Virus record (IMG/VR): IMGVR_UViG_3300014205_000004
Coordinates: 32,001 to 96,000 of that record
Source of the DNA: a virus
Lineage: Duplodnaviria; Caudoviricetes
Reading direction: 5' to 3' (one strand)
Length of the DNA stretch: 64,000 nt
Shown here piece after piece: positions 55,555 to 64,000 of the stretch; the first letter of the stretch is position 1; the number at the start of each line of letters is the position of its first letter. Under the pieces are notes generated by a model. The model was not told where the DNA came from. It searched no databases and saw only the letters and a program-made list of their open reading frames with translations. A program made the translations under genes and the position numbers.

Positions 55555-58500
55555 ATGACGATCAACGCTCCTACAGTGTCCGCACCAACCGGAAGCATTC
55601 ACCTGCGTCCGGGCACGGGCTTCTGGTTCAACATCACTCCGAACCACACCGGTGCTGAGCAGCTGAACGGTGTGGAGCTCATGATTGCGTCCACGGACGG
55701 CAGCGTGCGCTACACGCCGCAGGTCAGCCCGTTCTATCGGACCGACCTCGCGCTTGACTACACCCAGCCGTACAGCGCCCTGGTCACTCTGCCAAGCACC
55801 ATCCCGCAGAACGTGAACCTCAAGGCGTGGGCGCGCACGTACAGCGGTGGCGTGTGGGGCCCGTGGGGCGTGGCGTCAACCGCGCTGAACAGCTCGAACA
55901 CCAACCCGAGCATGACCCCGTCCTACCCGATCGGGACCATCAACGTTACCGGATCGTCGTACTACTCGCCGTTCCTGGTCACTGTGTCGGACGCGGACAG
56001 CGACAGCATCGCGTACTACCAGCTGACGGTTACCGGCACCGGACTGAGCTACGACTCAGGCAAGCTCGCAGTCACCCAGGCCGCGGGCGGTTCAATCACC
56101 CTGAACGGTCCTGCGAACCTGACTGCCGGCGTGACCTACACCTGGCAGGTGCGCTTCTGGGACAACGCCCACAACGCCGCCACTGACGCCGACCCGTCGT
56201 ACTCGGCCAGCCAGAACTTCACTGGCACCTTCTCCGTCCCTCCGGGCGGCGGTGGTGGGGGCGATACGATCCCCTACCTCGACAACTCCTACACGGTGTC
56301 CCCGCAGGGACAGCAGTCCGCTTCGTCCACGACCTGGACCACGGAGTTTGCGTCGCGCTGGCTGGACAACACGTCCATCACTGCCTACCAGATTCAGCTG
56401 TACCGGATCCCGATGGACCAGCTGCCGCTGCTCGCGACGAATCCCGGTCTCGTCACTCCTGAGCTCATCTGGGACTCTGGACAGACCGAACGCGCAGTCG
56501 CGTCTGGCGTGGCCTTCACTGTGGCCAGCCCTCAGCTTGCGCTGAACTTCCACTACCGGTGGCGCATGTCTGTCTGGGACACGAACGGTAACCAGTCCGC
56601 ATGGACCGACCCGTACGAGTTCTGGGCTACGACCTCGGTCTCCGAGAACTCCGCCCCGAACGTCACCATCACCAATCCGGTAGGCAACCAAGCGGTTTAC
56701 GGACCGCTCGCGCTGAACGGCTCGTTCTCGGACAACTACACGCTCCTGAACACCTTCACCCACTACCAGGTGGAGGTGCGCCGGTACGACAACCAAGCCA
56801 TCATGTGGCGCACGATCCTCATCCGGACGCTCAACGTCGAGCGCCAGTACAAGAACTTCGGGATCGTCTACGGCTCGCTCCGCGGTGATGCTGGAGGAGG
56901 CTACTCTAGTGCCCTCGCCCTGTCCTCGGGCGTGCGCTACGAGTGGCGCGCGCAGGTGTTTGACGACGGTGGTCTTGGTAGCGGTTGGTCGGCCTGGGAG
57001 AGCTTCACGCTCCAGCCTTCCGCCCCGAACGCGCCTACCTCGCTGACCCCGTCCGGGTTGGTCGGTACGCTCACGCCGACGTTCGGGGGCAACTACTCGA
57101 ACAGCGGCGCAGGCGCGGCCGCGAGCGTGCAGATTCTGCTCTACGCGGCTGACCAGACGACCCTGGTCTGGGACTCCGGCCTGCGCACGGCTACAGGCAC
57201 GAGCGGCACTCCGTGGTCCGTCCTCTATGACGGTACGGCGCTCACGCCAGGACAGGTCCTCTACTGGAAGGCCCGCAACCGAGACGAGTTCGGCTTGTAC
57301 GGGCCGTACTCTGCGTTCGTCAACATCTCCATCCAGTCGACTCCGAACGCGCCCACGAATCTCACCCCGTCGACGACGAGCTTCGCCGTCATCCCGAACG
57401 ACAACATCACGTTCGCCGGCGACCACTTCGCCGTCTCTGGCAGCGGCATGAACGCCTGCGAGGTCATCGTCTATCAGTCCGATGGCACCACGCAGGTCTG
57501 GACGTCTGGCACGTACACAGGTGTGTCCGGTACTCGCTTCAAGGTCCCGTACACGGGCCCGGCGCTGTCCCAGGGCCAAACGATTCTCTGGAAGGCCAGG
57601 ACACGCGCGACCGATACCAGTTTCTGGGGCCCGTTCTCCGCGCTCCAGACGGCGATCCTCAACCGCGTGCCACAGACGCCTAACTCACTGGCTCCCAGCG
57701 GCACCAACGTCTCGACGCTCACGCCAACGCTGACCTGGACGACGCAGATGGGCGACAGCTACCAGCACACCGCTGGTGCTGTTGACGGCCGGCGTGCCGC
57801 ATTCCACATCATCGATGTCATCGACCAGGCCACCGGCACGAGCTTCGGCGGCTATCCGCTCAACACCGCGGCGCTCTATCACGACTTCCAGACGGCGCTC
57901 TCCGGCTGGACGACGTCGGGCGGCACATGGTTGGCCGCCGACGGTTACCTCACGGTGACCGTCTCCGCGGCGCACGCTCACCTGTACCGCGACGCGTTGA
58001 TTGAAGATGCTTGGGTGGGGGCCTTCGTCAAGTACGACGCAGCAGCCCGCTCCGGCCTGTTGCTCCGGCGGTCTGCAGCTAACGCGTGGGTCGCTGTCGT
58101 TTACGACGCCGGAACGGTGAAGCTCATCAAGAACGTGGCGGGCACGGTCTCGACCATTCAGTCCGCCAACGTGGACATCACCACCGGTCAGCGTCACCAC
58201 CTGGGCGTGTCGATGTCGGGGTCGAACTACGAAGTCTTCCTCGATGGTGTCTCGCTCTTCTCTGCGACCGATGCACACAACTCCACCCAGACCGACCACG
58301 GCCTGTACGCAAACAGCACCATCGCGACCAACTTCGATGAGTTTGTCGTGGCCGCGGCCAGCGCGGAGACCGCGTCGCACACGACGTCAACTCTGACGGC
58401 CAACAAGCAGTACGTGTGGACCGTGAAGTCGCACGACGGCTACGGGCTGGGTGTTGCGAGCACGCCCGCGTCCTTCTCTACGAACTCCGCGCCGACGACG

Positions 58501-59469
58501 GCCATCACTTCGCCCACGAACGGGAGCACGTTCACTGTCCCTAACCTGACAGTGACCTGGAGCTACGCGTCGGCCGGTGCATACGCGCAGGCGAAGTACC
58601 GCCTCCTGGTCCTGAGGACCGGGGTCGCGGTTTACGACTCGGGCCTCCTCAACGGCACAGCCACCTCCCACCAGATTCCCACCGGGTACCTGCTGCACGG
58701 AGCCATCTACGAATTCCAGGTCACGGTGGCGGACACAAACGGCCTCGCCGCAACATCGACTCCCATCTCCGCGCTCGCGCTGTGGACGCCTCCGGTGCCG
58801 CTGGACGCGCTGACTGTGACTCCGTCCAACTCCACCGCCTCGGTGGTGCTTGAGTGGAGCCGTTCCGATCTCTCCACCGCGGACTTCGGGTACTACGCGA
58901 TTCGCCGGCAGTACACCTCAGTCGACGGTGAAGAAGTCGACGCCATCATCGCCAGGCTGACCGACCAGGAACTGCTCACCTACACCGACTACGTGTGCCC
59001 TGAAGGCGTCACCGTTACCTACAGCATGTTCCAGGTGCAGCTCGTCGGGAGTGACGAAGTGCCCAGTGGATCCCTGTCTGCTGACACCTCGTTGACGTTC
59101 CGCGAGATGTGGATCGTCGACATGGATGACACTGACTATCGTGTCGCACTACTCGACAGTCCTTCACGCGGCTTCGACCACGTCAAAGACGAGGAAGATG
59201 TGAAATACTGGGGTAGGGCAAAACCGGTGCGTCACAAGGGAAACGCACGGTATCAGTCATTCACGATCTCCGGTCGTCTATTTGACGACGAGCGAACAGC
59301 GTACGAAACGCTTCTCGCGATTGACAGGCGGTCGCATGTGGTCTGTTACCGAGACGGCCGGCACCGAAGGATCTTCGGTAACCTCCACCTCAACGAGACA
59401 GATGGTCTCCCCGACTCCTGGTCGGTGAACCTTCAAATCGTTGAAGCCGACTACGACGAAGAGGTTTAG
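55555..59469 (+). CDS. large tail-tip protein: FN3/Ig-like repeats, lectin-like domain, C-terminal Dit-like region
   Basis: Repeated APT.LTP...PTF...YQ...WDSG...YxWxVR...GPWS units; directly after the tape measure. Confidence 0.8.
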   Translation: MTINAPTVSAPTGSIHLRPGTGFWFNITPNHTGAEQLNGVELMIASTDGSVRYTPQVSPFYRTDLALDYTQPYSALVTLPSTIPQNVNLKAWARTYSGGVWGPWGVASTALNSSNTNPSMTPSYPIGTINVTGSSYYSPFLVTVSDADSDSIAYYQLTVTGTGLSYDSGKLAVTQAAGGSITLNGPANLTAGVTYTWQVRFWDNAHNAATDADPSYSASQNFTGTFSVPPGGGGGGDTIPYLDNSYTVSPQGQQSASSTTWTTEFASRWLDNTSITAYQIQLYRIPMDQLPLLATNPGLVTPELIWDSGQTERAVASGVAFTVASPQLALNFHYRWRMSVWDTNGNQSAWTDPYEFWATTSVSENSAPNVTITNPVGNQAVYGPLALNGSFSDNYTLLNTFTHYQVEVRRYDNQAIMWRTILIRTLNVERQYKNFGIVYGSLRGDAGGGYSSALALSSGVRYEWRAQVFDDGGLGSGWSAWESFTLQPSAPNAPTSLTPSGLVGTLTPTFGGNYSNSGAGAAASVQILLYAADQTTLVWDSGLRTATGTSGTPWSVLYDGTALTPGQVLYWKARNRDEFGLYGPYSAFVNISIQSTPNAPTNLTPSTTSFAVIPNDNITFAGDHFAVSGSGMNACEVIVYQSDGTTQVWTSGTYTGVSGTRFKVPYTGPALSQGQTILWKARTRATDTSFWGPFSALQTAILNRVPQTPNSLAPSGTNVSTLTPTLTWTTQMGDSYQHTAGAVDGRRAAFHIIDVIDQATGTSFGGYPLNTAALYHDFQTALSGWTTSGGTWLAADGYLTVTVSAAHAHLYRDALIEDAWVGAFVKYDAAARSGLLLRRSAANAWVAVVYDAGTVKLIKNVAGTVSTIQSANVDITTGQRHHLGVSMSGSNYEVFLDGVSLFSATDAHNSTQTDHGLYANSTIATNFDEFVVAAASAETASHTTSTLTANKQYVWTVKSHDGYGLGVASTPASFSTNSAPTTAITSPTNGSTFTVPNLTVTWSYASAGAYAQAKYRLLVLRTGVAVYDSGLLNGTATSHQIPTGYLLHGAIYEFQVTVADTNGLAATSTPISALALWTPPVPLDALTVTPSNSTASVVLEWSRSDLSTADFGYYAIRRQYTSVDGEEVDAIIARLTDQELLTYTDYVCPEGVTVTYSMFQVQLVGSDEVPSGSLSADTSLTFREMWIVDMDDTDYRVALLDSPSRGFDHVKDEEDVKYWGRAKPVRHKGNARYQSFTISGRLFDDERTAYETLLAIDRRSHVVCYRDGRHRRIFGNLHLNETDGLPDSWSVNLQIVEADYDEEV

Positions 59470-59473
59470 GGAA

Positions 59474-59839
59474 ATGAGAATGTCGACGACCCGTTGGATG
59501 CCTGATACCTGCGCCTGCGTGCTTGAGTACACGTACGATGCCGACCTTCCTGACGACCAGCGCGAGCACACTCCGACCACCGTCACGCCCTGCGAGCGCC
59601 ACGCACATGGGGAGACAGAGTTGGAGTTCCTCGCCGCGCACACCGACAACGTGGTCAAGAACAACACGCACCGTCTGCTCAAAGAAGAGTTCCCCGACAT
59701 GGAGGACAGCGACTTCGAGTGGGACTTCGACCATCCCGATGGTCAGCTCCGCTACAACGTCAAAGGCAGGACAGTCAGTGCCGCGGCGCATGCGCGCGTT
59801 ACCGGCCAGGTTCCTGGTGTGGTGAGGCGTGGCAACTAG
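59474..59839 (+). CDS. hypothetical protein
   Basis: TRWMPDTCACVLEYTYD...C..H. Confidence 0.7.
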   Translation: MRMSTTRWMPDTCACVLEYTYDADLPDDQREHTPTTVTPCERHAHGETELEFLAAHTDNVVKNNTHRLLKEEFPDMEDSDFEWDFDHPDGQLRYNVKGRTVSAAAHARVTGQVPGVVRRGN

Positions 59840-61739
59840 GTACACCCTAGCCTCTTACCCTAATGGTGCGCTGACCGGAAACAAAACGTACTATCAGGCA
59901 CTGGACGGTGGCTTCCTCTACAATGTCGGAGTTGAGGCTATCTACCAGACACGCATACGCGACACATGCACGCTGAGCCATCTGTACGTAAATGTCACGG
60001 CAAACACCGTGTCAGCCACAAGCACCATCAGGACGCGCAAAAACGGTGCAAACGGCGGTCAGTCAGTAAGCATAGGTTCAGACGCGACAGGTCTGTTCGA
60101 AGACACTTCCAACACGGACTCTCTCGCAGACGGCGACCTGGCCTGCTACCAGGTTGTTGCTGGAGCAGACGGTGGTGGGTCGATAACTCTTGCGTTCATT
60201 TCCACACTGCTAGCACCGTCATCGACTGCCGGCATAAACAGCAGTGCGTTCGGATCCAGTTACGCTGCCAGCACAACGTACTATCGACCAATTTCGGGTG
60301 TGGCCGGAACTACGCTCACAACTGAGTCGATGGTGCGATACACCAACCATCTCGCGACCGTCCTGAGCCATTTGCGCGCGTACGTCACTACCAACTCATG
60401 CACATCCACGACTACGGTGTACGTGCGCAAAAACGGAGCCGATGGAGCGCAGAATCTGTCCATTGGCGCAAGCGCCACTGGGGCGTTTGAGGACACGTCC
60501 AACACTGACACCATAGGCGACGGGGATGAGACTAACTACCGTATAGCAACAGGGGCCACCGGCTCTATCTACATGTACACGGTGCAAACAAAATCTAGCG
60601 TTGGTATGATTTCCGCTGGCAACAGTAGCGCCGCGGTCGTCGGAAGCGAATATAGAGGACTTGGCCTTGGCCAGTCTGCCACCCAGAGTTATGTGCAGTT
60701 AAAGGCACGTGGGCTTGTCCCTGACGTACCAAGGTTCAAGTACTTGGGTGCTGCGGTGTCCTCCAACAATCGTACAGTGTCTGTGACACTCGCTTTTCGC
60801 AAGAACGGCACTAACGCAATCAGCGTCAGCGTACCTTCCTCGACGACAGGGTACTACGAGGAGACAAGCACTCAAGTCGACGCTACCGACAACGCAGACA
60901 CCTTCAATTTCGCTTCGATAGCATCTGGAGGCACCGGACAGCTGGGTGTCCGCATGTGGGCCATTACCGAAGTGCCTGGGTACACTGCCGTGTCTCAGAC
61001 GTTTGCGGCGCTCACCGAAGCCATCCAGCAGACCGCGAAGACGAACGCGGTCAGCATCGAGGCAGTTCAAAACCTGGTCCTGCCGTTCGTCACGCTCATT
61101 GAAGCAGACGCTCCGGACTACATCACCCAGACTTTTCTCGTGCCGATTGAGGCGAGGCAGGGTCTCACTGCCACCCGCCTGTTGCCTTTGGAGACCATTC
61201 CGCTACCGACCACCGGGCTCGCGCCGCTCAGGCTCCTTGAGCTTCGGGCGTTTCACGGTGACACGCCTGATACCGGATACGACATTCTCGGGTCCGGGCT
61301 GACGCTAATCTCGAACGACAACGCTGCCGTGCGATCGAATCTCCTGGACGGTATTCGCGTCCCTGAGCCTGGCGAGCCGGCCGTCTACAGCGCGGTGAAG
61401 AACCTGCGGCTCTTGCGTGCCTACGAAGAGGGCACGCTCCTCACGAACTTCAAAATGTGGTTCTCGCCGCGGAACCTCTCCTGGAACGGCGTCGACGTCT
61501 TTGTGACTACGGGAGCGTCCTACGTCGCCCCCACCCAGGACCCCTTGCCGGGCTTCGTCAACAACGCCAGCCAGTACACCGCAGAAAACCCGCTCGTACT
61601 CAACGCGTCCGCGCTGACGTTCGAGCAGACGTTCGGAGACTGGATCCAGGTCCAACTGCGCGTGACATCCCGCGCCCGCGCCGGCCTTCCCCGGACGTTC
61701 TACGTCTACCTGTCCTGGACTGAATGGAGGCCGAACTAG
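59829..61739 (+). CDS. minor tail / receptor-binding protein with three tandem beta domains
   Basis: RKNG...S....TG.(F/Y)E(D/E)TS repeated three times. Confidence 0.75.
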   Translation: MATRYTLASYPNGALTGNKTYYQALDGGFLYNVGVEAIYQTRIRDTCTLSHLYVNVTANTVSATSTIRTRKNGANGGQSVSIGSDATGLFEDTSNTDSLADGDLACYQVVAGADGGGSITLAFISTLLAPSSTAGINSSAFGSSYAASTTYYRPISGVAGTTLTTESMVRYTNHLATVLSHLRAYVTTNSCTSTTTVYVRKNGADGAQNLSIGASATGAFEDTSNTDTIGDGDETNYRIATGATGSIYMYTVQTKSSVGMISAGNSSAAVVGSEYRGLGLGQSATQSYVQLKARGLVPDVPRFKYLGAAVSSNNRTVSVTLAFRKNGTNAISVSVPSSTTGYYEETSTQVDATDNADTFNFASIASGGTGQLGVRMWAITEVPGYTAVSQTFAALTEAIQQTAKTNAVSIEAVQNLVLPFVTLIEADAPDYITQTFLVPIEARQGLTATRLLPLETIPLPTTGLAPLRLLELRAFHGDTPDTGYDILGSGLTLISNDNAAVRSNLLDGIRVPEPGEPAVYSAVKNLRLLRAYEEGTLLTNFKMWFSPRNLSWNGVDVFVTTGASYVAPTQDPLPGFVNNASQYTAENPLVLNASALTFEQTFGDWIQVQLRVTSRARAGLPRTFYVYLSWTEWRPN

Positions 61740-64000
61740 ATGGCTACTGCAATGACGGGGTCCGGGGAGTTTCAACGGGCAGAATCCGGGTTCTTCAGAA
61801 GCTGCGAGTCGGGTGGTTACCTTTACTCTGCCGACGTAAACTACCCTGCGGATCTCATTAAATCCGACCTCACAACCCACCAGCGAGTAGCTGCGATCGC
61901 CCTCCGCGACGAGAACCCGGACTATCACCACTGCTGGGACATTGTGACTGCAGGTGGGTACCTGTACTTATCCGTGCACAACGCAGACACGACTGTGCAC
62001 AACATCGTCAAGGTGGACATCAGCACCTTTACGGTAGTGGACAGTTTGGCGCTTTCTAGCTCCACCTGGTTCTCCAGACTGATTGTCAACGGCACGACGT
62101 TGTACGTGACCGCCACAAACGGCGATGACGCCGCCACTGTGTTCGAGATCGACCTGACCACGTTTACGGAGACCGACAGCCTGGTACTTGACGCCAACGA
62201 GGCCGCTTGGGACGGTGTTTTGGTCGGGACAACCTTGTACCTGAGCACAAGACAGGCACCAGCCCGTGTAGTGCGCGTAGACACCACCACGCTGACGCGG
62301 ATAGACTCGCTCACGCTGTCTACGGGCGAAGATTACGCTTTGGATATTCTTTCAGATGGCACCGATCTATACGCCATTTGTGCTGGCGACGCAGTTTACG
62401 ACCCTGTCGTCGCCGTGAAGATCAATATCGCTTCGTTCACTCGCACATCTGCGCTCACTCTAGACAGTGACGAATGGTACTTCACGTATCTTGGGTGCGC
62501 AATGCTTGACGGCGGGTTCATATATGTAGGCACTTACAACAGCAAAATCGTAAAAGTGCAGACGTCTGACATGACCAGGGTCGGCGCTCTTGCGATGTAT
62601 GGAGGTTTATCAAGCCTTACAGTCTATGGCGGCAGCATTTTCGCAGTTTGTCCGAATGTGGCACCATCACGGGTGGATGAGATACTCATATCCACGTTCA
62701 CAACCACCGCGAATGCGTGGAGATTCGGTTGGGGAGATGGCTACCTAGCTCGTGGCGTGGGCGTGCTAGGTACGAACTTCTACGTATATACCGAGCAGCA
62801 CTCGTTTATGGGAGGCAAGCTCCTTAAGCTCGACCAAGTCAGCCTTGCTGTGCTCGGCGAATACAGCCTTACTGAAGATATAGCATACGCATTCTGCGTG
62901 GGTCCTGATGGCTACATCTACATCACAGCAGACTGGAAGCTGCTGCGGATCGACCCGACCGACATGAGCTTGGATGCTTCTTTGACTTCCTCATACGGCC
63001 CCATTAAGGCGCTCGCGTCAGACGGGGCAACGTACTTGTTCGGTGCCACAGATCAGGGCAACGTCGTAGCCTACTCGTTCGCGTCGTTTGTGGAAGTGAG
63101 CTCACTCGCTACTGCGGAAAGCTCCCTCCGAGGGCTGACCTATGGAGACGATGGGAATCTGTACGCATCTGCTGGCTTGAGCCCGGATAAGATTCTCAAG
63201 ATAACTCCTTATCCGGCGTGGGACGGAGTCGACGACCTGGTTCTGGACACTGGAGAAAACGGAGTTGGATGGCTGGCCGCGGTTGGTGGGTACACGTACG
63301 TCAACACCAACGCAGGCGAGATTGTCAAGATAGACCAAGCCAGCATGACGCGGGTCGGAAGCTTGTCTCCGGGCGGTGGCATGAGCAGTGAGCTGCTCGT
63401 CCACGACGGATTCCTTATAACGCGGGGCAGCACCATAAATACCGTGTTCGTTGACCTCAGCACGTTCACGGTCAGCGACACAGTAGCAAGCAGCAGTCTT
63501 TTCAGCGAACCCGCAGTCCTGGCCGTTAACGCAGGCACCGACACGATCTTCATCGCAGGACCTAACTACGCGAACGGTGTGGCTTTTGCCAGGCTGGAAA
63601 TGTACATAGGTACGCCGGTGTCCGCCACGTTGACTATTCCGCTCGAAGCGCTGGAGCAGAGTGTCCACAGCACGCACACCCTGCTGACTGAAGCCAAGAG
63701 CGGCCTCCGTGTGCCGTTCCTCACGCTTGGCGAGAACTGGGTGAACATTCTGCATCAGATCTCTGCGGCAGGGATCGACACGGTCCTGTACCCGAACAAC
63801 CAGGACATCGACAGCGCGATTGCCGGCGAAGGTTCGGGCGAGGTGCGGTCGCGCCCAGCGCTCTACCGAGTGGACATCCGGGGCCAGATCATTGAGGACC
63901 TCAGTGACCGCGTCATCTCAGCCACAGTGGCCGGTACGCGCTCCGAGGTAGTCAGCCGTACTGCCCAGATTGTCGTCCGGAACACTGACGGCCTCGACCT
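61740..64000 (+). CDS. tail protein: N-terminal beta-propeller-like repeats, then hub-like domain (truncated by window)
   Basis: ATG after TAG at 61739; absent from the ORF track, consistent with no stop before the window end; repeats such as GYLY...IVKVDISTFT; C-terminal DLSDRVISATV...SRTAQIVV. Confidence 0.8.
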   Translation, partial: MATAMTGSGEFQRAESGFFRSCESGGYLYSADVNYPADLIKSDLTTHQRVAAIALRDENPDYHHCWDIVTAGGYLYLSVHNADTTVHNIVKVDISTFTVVDSLALSSSTWFSRLIVNGTTLYVTATNGDDAATVFEIDLTTFTETDSLVLDANEAAWDGVLVGTTLYLSTRQAPARVVRVDTTTLTRIDSLTLSTGEDYALDILSDGTDLYAICAGDAVYDPVVAVKINIASFTRTSALTLDSDEWYFTYLGCAMLDGGFIYVGTYNSKIVKVQTSDMTRVGALAMYGGLSSLTVYGGSIFAVCPNVAPSRVDEILISTFTTTANAWRFGWGDGYLARGVGVLGTNFYVYTEQHSFMGGKLLKLDQVSLAVLGEYSLTEDIAYAFCVGPDGYIYITADWKLLRIDPTDMSLDASLTSSYGPIKALASDGATYLFGATDQGNVVAYSFASFVEVSSLATAESSLRGLTYGDDGNLYASAGLSPDKILKITPYPAWDGVDDLVLDTGENGVGWLAAVGGYTYVNTNAGEIVKIDQASMTRVGSLSPGGGMSSELLVHDGFLITRGSTINTVFVDLSTFTVSDTVASSSLFSEPAVLAVNAGTDTIFIAGPNYANGVAFARLEMYIGTPVSATLTIPLEALEQSVHSTHTLLTEAKSGLRVPFLTLGENWVNILHQISAAGIDTVLYPNNQDIDSAIAGEGSGEVRSRPALYRVDIRGQIIEDLSDRVISATVAGTRSEVVSRTAQIVVRNTDGLD

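Noticed and set aside
30693-57579. Long antisense ORFs (e.g. 30693-32063, 42831-44111, 44063-45727, 56092-57579)
   Set aside because: Shadow frames of high-GC3 genes, with no RBS or recognisable motifs
1-64000. Genome-wide UGA recoding suggested by the TCA tRNA-like RNA
   Set aside because: Many genes end in TGA with ATGA/GTGA overlaps, and long conserved genes are uninterrupted
59829-64000. Diversity-generating retroelement acting on tail proteins
   Set aside because: No reverse transcriptase and no adenine-mismatch TR/VR pair seen; internal repeats are diverged domain duplications
1-64000. Integrated prophage with host flanks
   Set aside because: No integrase, att site or host housekeeping genes recognised; lifestyle cannot be determined from this window

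Overview
This window is part of a large, GC-rich tailed (siphovirus-type) bacteriophage genome, organised as two arms transcribed divergently from about 21.2 kb. Left arm (1-21.1 kb, minus strand): about 55 small, tightly coupled, mostly acidic or Cys-rich early-type genes, including a C5 DNA methyltransferase, a pentapeptide-repeat protein, a zinc-finger-containing ArdA anti-restriction protein and a sigma-70-family sigma factor. Right arm (21.3-64 kb, plus strand), in order: small accessory genes; an SLT-like lipoprotein and CAP and HAD proteins; a Prs-like plus Nampt-like pair (NARP1-type NAD+ reconstitution) followed by a MazG-like gene; an aberrant tRNA-like RNA plus a second structured RNA ahead of a basic protein; a lysis cassette (M23 peptidase, holin candidates); and a head-tail module (portal, protease, scaffold, decoration protein, major capsid, neck, tail tube, frameshifted tail chaperones, 1648-aa tape measure, three large tail-tip proteins). 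No terminase, integrase, replicase or CRISPR array is recognisable here. The most unusual signals are a strand-oriented GTTGAA motif array (17.4-19.1 kb), a hairpin and G-tract-rich divergence region, the tRNA-like/ncRNA/basic-protein unit, non-canonical (CTG/ATT) start codons on anti-restriction genes, and a recurrent CTGAGTAC motif at right-arm promoters. All family assignments come from motif recognition by eye; no database searches were run.
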